From the NCBI GenBank assembly GCA_052139675.1, contig JBKQWE010000025.1, positions 4,303-68,302 on the forward strand: DNA of 64,000 nt, written 5' to 3'. Shown in pieces: positions 58,697-64,000 of the stretch. The notes under the pieces were generated by a model. The model saw only the letters and a program-made list of their open reading frames with translations, was not told the DNA's origin and did no database searches. The DNA is from Candidatus Brocadiia bacterium (lineage in GTDB: Bacteria; Planctomycetota; Brocadiia; CAIUPP01). How positions within the stretch are numbered: the stretch's first letter is position 1; the number at the start of each line of letters is the position of its first letter. The translations under genes were made by a program, and so were the position numbers.

Positions 58697-60517
58697 ATGG
58701 GTTCCTTCGTAGGCGCTCTGTGGCGGTGGGTTGCGGTGGCGCTGGTCGCCGCCGGTACGCTCGTCAGCATCCCGGCGGGCTCGGGCGGCACGCTCTGGCG
58801 CTTCGGCGTCATATCCGACACGCAATGGACCGTGCCGGATGACGGCCAGAGCCCGAACTCGATTCCCGCCGGCATCCTCAGGCAGATTCACCAGGCCTTC
58901 ATCGCCCGCGGAGTCCGGTTCGTCGTGGACGTCGGCGACTGCGTGGATATCAGCAGCACGCCCAACCTCGACGCCCGCGCGCTGTACGTCCAGGACCTCT
59001 ACAACGCGCGCATCGCCTGCTTTCCCGTGCGCGGGAACCACGAGGCCGCAGACGGGAACTCCGGAAAGGAGTTCGCCCGCGTCTTTCCGCAGATCGGGTA
59101 CAACCTCGATCCGGACCGCGGGCCTTTAGGCCCGACCGAGGCCGCCGGCTGGAACAACGCCACGCCGGCGGACCTCCTCCAGAAGAATCCCCGGCTCGGC
59201 GTGGACAGCCGGATCGCGCCGCCGGCCCGGACTGAGCCGAACGTTTTCACCATCGGCGCCGACTTCTCCTATCCCGTCGCGGTCAATGACGCGAACGGCA
59301 GCGTCTCCTATTCCTTCGACTATGAAAACGCGCGCTTCGTCCTCCTCGACCAGTTCGACAGGACCGGCAACACGCATCACAGCTCGGTCGCGCAGCAGCA
59401 GCCCTGGATCAGCCAGCGGCTGAAGGACCCGCAGCGGCCTGAGCATGCCTTCGTCTTCAGCCACAAGAACCTGCTGGGCGGCGCGCACAAGGACAACCTC
59501 TTCGGAGGCGCGGCCGCGCGTTCCGACGCGGGCGACGGCGCCGCCGAGACCGCCGCGGGCGCGGCCAAGCGCCAGGCGGAGGACGCGTTCATCCGGTCGC
59601 TGGCGGAGGGCCGCGTCCACTATTTCATCACCGGCCACGATCATCATCACGCGGATTCCATCGTCGCGGCGCCGCTGAGCAGCGGATATTCCGTGCGCCA
59701 GGTCATCACCCAATCCGACAGCTCCAAGTTCTACACGCCGGCGCCGCCCTTCTCGGCGAACGAGACGCCCGTGTCGGAGGAACTCTGGACGGTCGGATAC
59801 TACATCTGCACCGTGGACGGCCCGCGCCTTACGATGGATTACTATTCCGTGGACATCACGAACCAGGACGGCACGAACGCGGCCGGCTGGAATGCCGCCA
59901 GGGGCGTCCTCACCCGGACGCCGTCGCTCACGGGCCACTGGAAACTGCTTTCCACCATCGGCTACAGCCTCAACGGCCGCGAATTTCAGGTTCGGCAGGG
60001 CGGCTCGTATGCCGCGGTGCAGGACGCGATTGCCGGCGGATCAGCCGGCGGCGAGGAGTACCTGGGAAGCTCCGCAAAAATCCTCGCCGGCGTCAACGGC
60101 AGCGCGCGCACGACCCACGACGGCCGGCCGCTGACGAAGGCCATCAACACCGGCTGGGCGCCGACGCAGAGCGGCCTGGCGAGCGACGTTCTGAAACTCT
60201 GGGGCATGCAGGACCTCGGCGCCGACCGCACCGACGACTACATCCTGTCCGTCAGCTACGACGTGTCGCGCCTGCCCGACGACCGGGCTGCGACCGGCCG
60301 GTACGGTTTGCTCAGCCGCGACATCTCCGGCCATTGGGTCGCCGCCACGGGCCTGAACGTCGGCGGCGAAGCCGCATTCCATCTGCGCGCCTACGATCCA
60401 ATCGCCGACCGCCTCGGAGACTGGGGCATCAACCGGGCCGACCACACCGCCTGGGCCGTCATCAACCACGCCGCGAACGCCTTCGCCGTCGGCGGCGTTC
60501 GGACGCGGCCTTATTGA
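58697..60517 (+). CDS. Secreted calcineurin-like metallophosphoesterase
   Basis: Signal peptide; ISDTQ, VGDCVD, RGNHE, FSHK, TGHDHHH; C-terminal WAVINH domain. Confidence 0.85.
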   Translation: MGSFVGALWRWVAVALVAAGTLVSIPAGSGGTLWRFGVISDTQWTVPDDGQSPNSIPAGILRQIHQAFIARGVRFVVDVGDCVDISSTPNLDARALYVQDLYNARIACFPVRGNHEAADGNSGKEFARVFPQIGYNLDPDRGPLGPTEAAGWNNATPADLLQKNPRLGVDSRIAPPARTEPNVFTIGADFSYPVAVNDANGSVSYSFDYENARFVLLDQFDRTGNTHHSSVAQQQPWISQRLKDPQRPEHAFVFSHKNLLGGAHKDNLFGGAAARSDAGDGAAETAAGAAKRQAEDAFIRSLAEGRVHYFITGHDHHHADSIVAAPLSSGYSVRQVITQSDSSKFYTPAPPFSANETPVSEELWTVGYYICTVDGPRLTMDYYSVDITNQDGTNAAGWNAARGVLTRTPSLTGHWKLLSTIGYSLNGREFQVRQGGSYAAVQDAIAGGSAGGEEYLGSSAKILAGVNGSARTTHDGRPLTKAINTGWAPTQSGLASDVLKLWGMQDLGADRTDDYILSVSYDVSRLPDDRAATGRYGLLSRDISGHWVAATGLNVGGEAAFHLRAYDPIADRLGDWGINRADHTAWAVINHAANAFAVGGVRTRPY

Positions 60518-60545
60518 ACTTTGCAGAACAACCGGGGACCGCCGC

Positions 60546-61040
60546 TTACTTGGCGACCGACTCGCCGGTCAGCAACGCAGCCACGCCGCCGAACATGGTT
60601 GTAAATGACCCAATGAACAACTTGCTCCAGTCAGCCAGCGGTGGCCGGGATGCAGACCACATGCCAAAGCCGGCGAGCAGGGCCAGTATAAAAAACGCAG
60701 CCCCAAACCGGCCCCACGAAAACTCGGCCTGCGGCGTCGGGCGTTGCAGTGCCTCCAGTGCTGCCGCCACATTGTGACTGGCGGCTTTTACCCTTTTCGG
60801 ATTTGTCCTGACAGCCGTTTTTAGAGCGGACTTCACGGCCGACTCTCTGACATTCAACATCGGGACGCCGGCCATCGGCGTCTTTTTCAGCATGTCCGTT
60901 ATCGCCTCCGCCGCATACTGATCGGCGTCCGGCGCCTCGTCCGGCTCCTTCTCGAGAGCCGCTTTCAGAGCGGATTCCAACTCCGACGCGCTGAGATTCA
61001 ACATCGGGCCGCTGGCAACGGGCGTAAAGAATAGTCCCAT
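60546..61040 (-). CDS. Hypothetical protein with an internal duplication and two C-terminal TM helices
   Basis: PMLNLSASELESALKAA vs PMLNVRESAVKSALKTA; GRFGAAFFILALLAGFG. Confidence 0.55.
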   Translation of the reverse strand: MGLFFTPVASGPMLNLSASELESALKAALEKEPDEAPDADQYAAEAITDMLKKTPMAGVPMLNVRESAVKSALKTAVRTNPKRVKAASHNVAAALEALQRPTPQAEFSWGRFGAAFFILALLAGFGMWSASRPPLADWSKLFIGSFTTMFGGVAALLTGESVAK

Positions 61041-61489
61041 GACTGTGCTCCTTGGCAGATCATGATAAAACTGGAAATTCGGTCCACGCCGCCCGAATGA
61101 CCATGGCGTTTCGAAGCCTCCCTCTTCGAGCCATGACACGCCGGGGAAATGGTGAAGCAGGGGCGAACGCCGCGGGTGGCCTTGCAGGCGCGTCTTTGCC
61201 TCCTTTCCGACCGCGTCGCGCCCGAACGCCGACCGCACCGGGAATGTAGCTCCGTACCGGCGGGCCGTCAAGCGTTTTTTTGGAGTGCACATGTGCTTGA
61301 CGCCTCAGCCATGAAGGGAGAGAATTCTTGCAATGGGCAGGAGCGGGCGGCTTGGCGGGCGGGAAGATGAGTCGTGTGTTACCCGAACTTACGCGGAATC
61401 CCGGCGCATGGAATCCGGAATCAGCCGCTGGTATACTACGAGGGCATTCCCGCCGCCTGGGGCTGGAATTTTAGGCGAGTTCCGGGGGC

Positions 61490-61604
61490 GGCGCGATTCG
61501 GGAAGGGCCTGGAGCGGAGATTGGCTCGTGTGCTTCAGCGGAAGAAACCGGGACCGACTCCTTCGTCTCCGCCGCGCGCCCCGGCGCGGAAGGAGAAAAG
61601 ATAA
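61490..61604 (+). pseudogene. Probable C-terminal remnant of an REP-associated (Y1/RAYT-like) transposase
   Basis: F.KGLERRLARVLQRKKPGP resembles the C-terminus of IS200-like REP-associated transposases; flanked by 29-nt direct repeats (61364-61392, 61598-61626). Confidence 0.4.
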
Positions 61605-61662
61605 GTCGTGTGTGCCCGGAACTCACCGGAACTCCCCAATGTCCCACCGCCCGAGGGCTTGG

Positions 61663-63102
61663 ATGGCAAGCCGATGTTTTAGGCGCGTCGGCGATCCTTT
61701 ACGAACGGCCGGCTGCTTTCTGCGCGGCCTGATCTTGATCTCCTGCCTTTCCGCCCTGACCGTCCGCGCGGCTGAGCCGCCACCGGCGCCCAGGTACAAC
61801 CTGCTCCTCATCTCAATAGATACCTGTCGCGCCGATCACCTGACATGCTACGGCTATGACCAGGACACCTCGCCCCATCTCGATCAACTGGCCAGGGAAG
61901 GAGTCCTTTTTGAGAATCTGACCGCGGCCGCGTCCTGGACGGTGCCGTCGCATATGAGCATGTTGACCTCGCTTTATCCCAGCGTCCACGGGGTGCAGAA
62001 CTTCAGCAGCCGCCTGGGCGTAGGCGTTCCAACGCTGGCGCAATGCCTTGCCCAAAGCGGATATGTGACCGCGGCGTTTGTCACGGGGCCGCAGTTGAAC
62101 CACCGCTACGGATTCAACCGCGGCTTCAGTTTCTATGACGACTACACGGTTGACCTGACGTACGAGGACCCGGAAGAGGCGGCTCTGCAGAACAGCGGCA
62201 TCCTCGACCAGGTTGTCACGAATCCCGTGATCACAAGCCTGGCCGCGCAATGGCTCAAGAAGCATTCCCGCGAGAATTTCTTCCTCTTCCTGCACTATTG
62301 GGACTGCCATTACGACTATGTTCCGCCCGCTCCCTATGACAAGAAATTCGACCCCGACTACCAGGGCAAAGAGGACGGCCGCTACGTTTACCAGCGCGAG
62401 GCTGACATCGTAAAACATATCTCGGCCGTGGACCTGGCGCACATGATAGCCCTCTACGACGGGGAGATCGCCCATACCGACGAGGACGTCGGCGCGATCC
62501 TTCAACTGCTTCGGGACCTGGGGATTTCCGAGAAGACGCTGGTGATCGTTTCGTCCGATCACGGCGAGGCATTTCTCGAGCATGGCTTGATCCGCCATGG
62601 CAACAGCCTGTTCGAGGAGGTGCTCCACGTGCCGCTGATCATGCGGCTGCCGGGCGTGATCCCGGCCGGAAAGCGCGTCGCCGGAAACGTCAGCCACGTT
62701 GACTTGATGCCGACGGCGCTGGGCCTTCTTCATCTGGCGGGCCCTGCGCAGATGCAAGGGATTGACCTGTCGCCGGTGATCCTGGGCGATCAGCCGGTTC
62801 CCGAGCGCCTGATCTACAGCGAGTTGGCGTTCGGGGGGCCTCACTTGAGATCGGTTCGATGGGGCAATCGCAAACTTCTGGGCGCGATGGGAACGCTTAC
62901 CGGCGCCCAACTGGAAGAGGTGGCCGGCGGCCGCGAGAAGGTCATCGCCGACTCGACGGACCTGAAGAAAGCTTGTCCGGAAGCCGCGCTCCGAGCCTTC
63001 ACCGACGGGCCGTCCCCGGTCTCCTCGGACAATGCGGTGAAAACAGACGGATCGGACGCGGACCTGATCGGCCGCCTGAAGAGCCTCGGCTACACGCAGT
63101 GA
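61663..63102 (+). CDS. Sulfatase-like hydrolase/transferase (alkaline phosphatase superfamily)
   Basis: LISIDTCRADHL..YGY, SWTVPSH, FLHYWD.H, YDGEI, SDHGE, L.EEVLHVPLI; start uncertain (61639/61663). Confidence 0.85.
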   Translation: MASRCFRRVGDPLRTAGCFLRGLILISCLSALTVRAAEPPPAPRYNLLLISIDTCRADHLTCYGYDQDTSPHLDQLAREGVLFENLTAAASWTVPSHMSMLTSLYPSVHGVQNFSSRLGVGVPTLAQCLAQSGYVTAAFVTGPQLNHRYGFNRGFSFYDDYTVDLTYEDPEEAALQNSGILDQVVTNPVITSLAAQWLKKHSRENFFLFLHYWDCHYDYVPPAPYDKKFDPDYQGKEDGRYVYQREADIVKHISAVDLAHMIALYDGEIAHTDEDVGAILQLLRDLGISEKTLVIVSSDHGEAFLEHGLIRHGNSLFEEVLHVPLIMRLPGVIPAGKRVAGNVSHVDLMPTALGLLHLAGPAQMQGIDLSPVILGDQPVPERLIYSELAFGGPHLRSVRWGNRKLLGAMGTLTGAQLEEVAGGREKVIADSTDLKKACPEAALRAFTDGPSPVSSDNAVKTDGSDADLIGRLKSLGYTQ

Positions 63103-63139
63103 AGGTTGGAAGGATTCCTCACCGCCGTTCCCTCGACCG

Positions 63140-63607
63140 TTACGGCGCGGACCAGAGGATCTTGTGGTTCCCGCCGTACAGCCGCATGCCCGCTCCGCCC
63201 TCTTCCACGGTCAGCAGGGCGCGGGTCTTGCCGCTCCCGTAGCCCAAGTTCAGCACCGGCCCGTCCTTCAGCACGGAGAGCCTGGCGTGCTCATTGCCGC
63301 TCCAGTCGGACAGGCTCAGCACCGGCCCGGTCTTCACGACGTACAGCTCGGCGCATGTCTTGCCTTCCGCGTCGTCCAGGCTCAGCCTCGCCCCGAACTG
63401 CTCCATGGACAGCAGGGCGCGAGTCTTGCCGTTCGCGTCCACAAGGACGAATCTCCGCGCCTGCACCTCCGCCGGCCGCGCCCGCAGCGCCACCAGGATT
63501 GCGACGCACGCCAGCCCGACCGCTCCGCCGATCGCCAGCCATCGAACCCGCCGCTTCCCCGCGGCTGATTCCTTCTCCAGTTTCTCCAGCCTTTCTTCCG
63601 TAGTCAT
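63140..63607 (-). CDS. Hypothetical membrane-anchored protein with short beta-strand repeats
   Basis: LEKLEKE coil, one TM, repeats LVDANGKTRALL / LDDAEGKTCAEL / LSDWSGNEHARL / LGYGSGKTRALL. Confidence 0.6.
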   Translation of the reverse strand: MTTEERLEKLEKESAAGKRRVRWLAIGGAVGLACVAILVALRARPAEVQARRFVLVDANGKTRALLSMEQFGARLSLDDAEGKTCAELYVVKTGPVLSLSDWSGNEHARLSVLKDGPVLNLGYGSGKTRALLTVEEGGAGMRLYGGNHKILWSAP

Positions 63608-64000
63608 GCTCGCTCCCTCACCGCTATAACACCCGTCGAATAATTTTCTGGACCGGCGGCCGGCCGGCGGCCGCGTCGCGCAACTCCGCGGCATTCTACT
63701 TTGCGGAATACCTGACGGCAACGAAAAAATATCGGGATATAACATAAGCCAGGGAGTTCCGGAGCGGAGAGTCCGAGAGCCGGGGACATCTATGAGCCTG
63801 TCAAGTCGGAAACGGGACGATAGCGGGAGATTCCAAACATCTATCCCACCACAGGCGGGCAAGTCGGCGTCGTCAGTTTCGAGACGCCTTGCGATTGAAT
63901 TCGGCTCGTGCTACGTGGCATAGCTTCTACGCAGAGTTGCAACCGGCCCCTGTTCTTCCACCAGAAATTAAGTGCGCGTGAGCCGGAGATGCGCCGGTTT

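Noticed and set aside
63900-63930. sigma54 promoter (TGGCA present)
   Set aside because: No GC at the -12 position with the required spacing

Overview
GC-rich chromosomal window from a diderm bacterium (lpxD, BamA-family and OMP genes; content and repeat style suggest Planctomycetota/PVC, which is inference). Mostly housekeeping and metabolism: AKR/sugar epimerases/Gfo-Idh-MocA coupled to fabF-acp, def-fmt-rsmB-miaB, FG-GAP protein, tag, a sigma54 activator, glycerate kinase, lpxD, murJ, fba, araB-araD, a CAT-anticodon tRNA, an MttB/MtaA-type methyltransferase pair, OMP-BamA paralog, a DUF2062-cardiolipin synthase fusion, HtrA, pyrF, argG, MNT-HEPN, ipdC and cobamide-completion genes (cobD-cobQ fusion, cbiB, cobO). 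Most notable: (1) an AT-richer two-gene cassette (TcmP SAM-methyltransferase-like + DUF5131 Cx6CxxC protein) followed by a solitary type I CRISPR-repeat-like sequence; (2) about ten intergenic elements built from inverted arrays of 6-, 7- or 8-nt tandem units, two of which bracket fba as direct copies; (3) several REP/MITE-like palindromes and a probable Y1-transposase remnant. No CRISPR array, integrase, intact transposase or prophage seen. All family calls are from motif recognition, not database searches.
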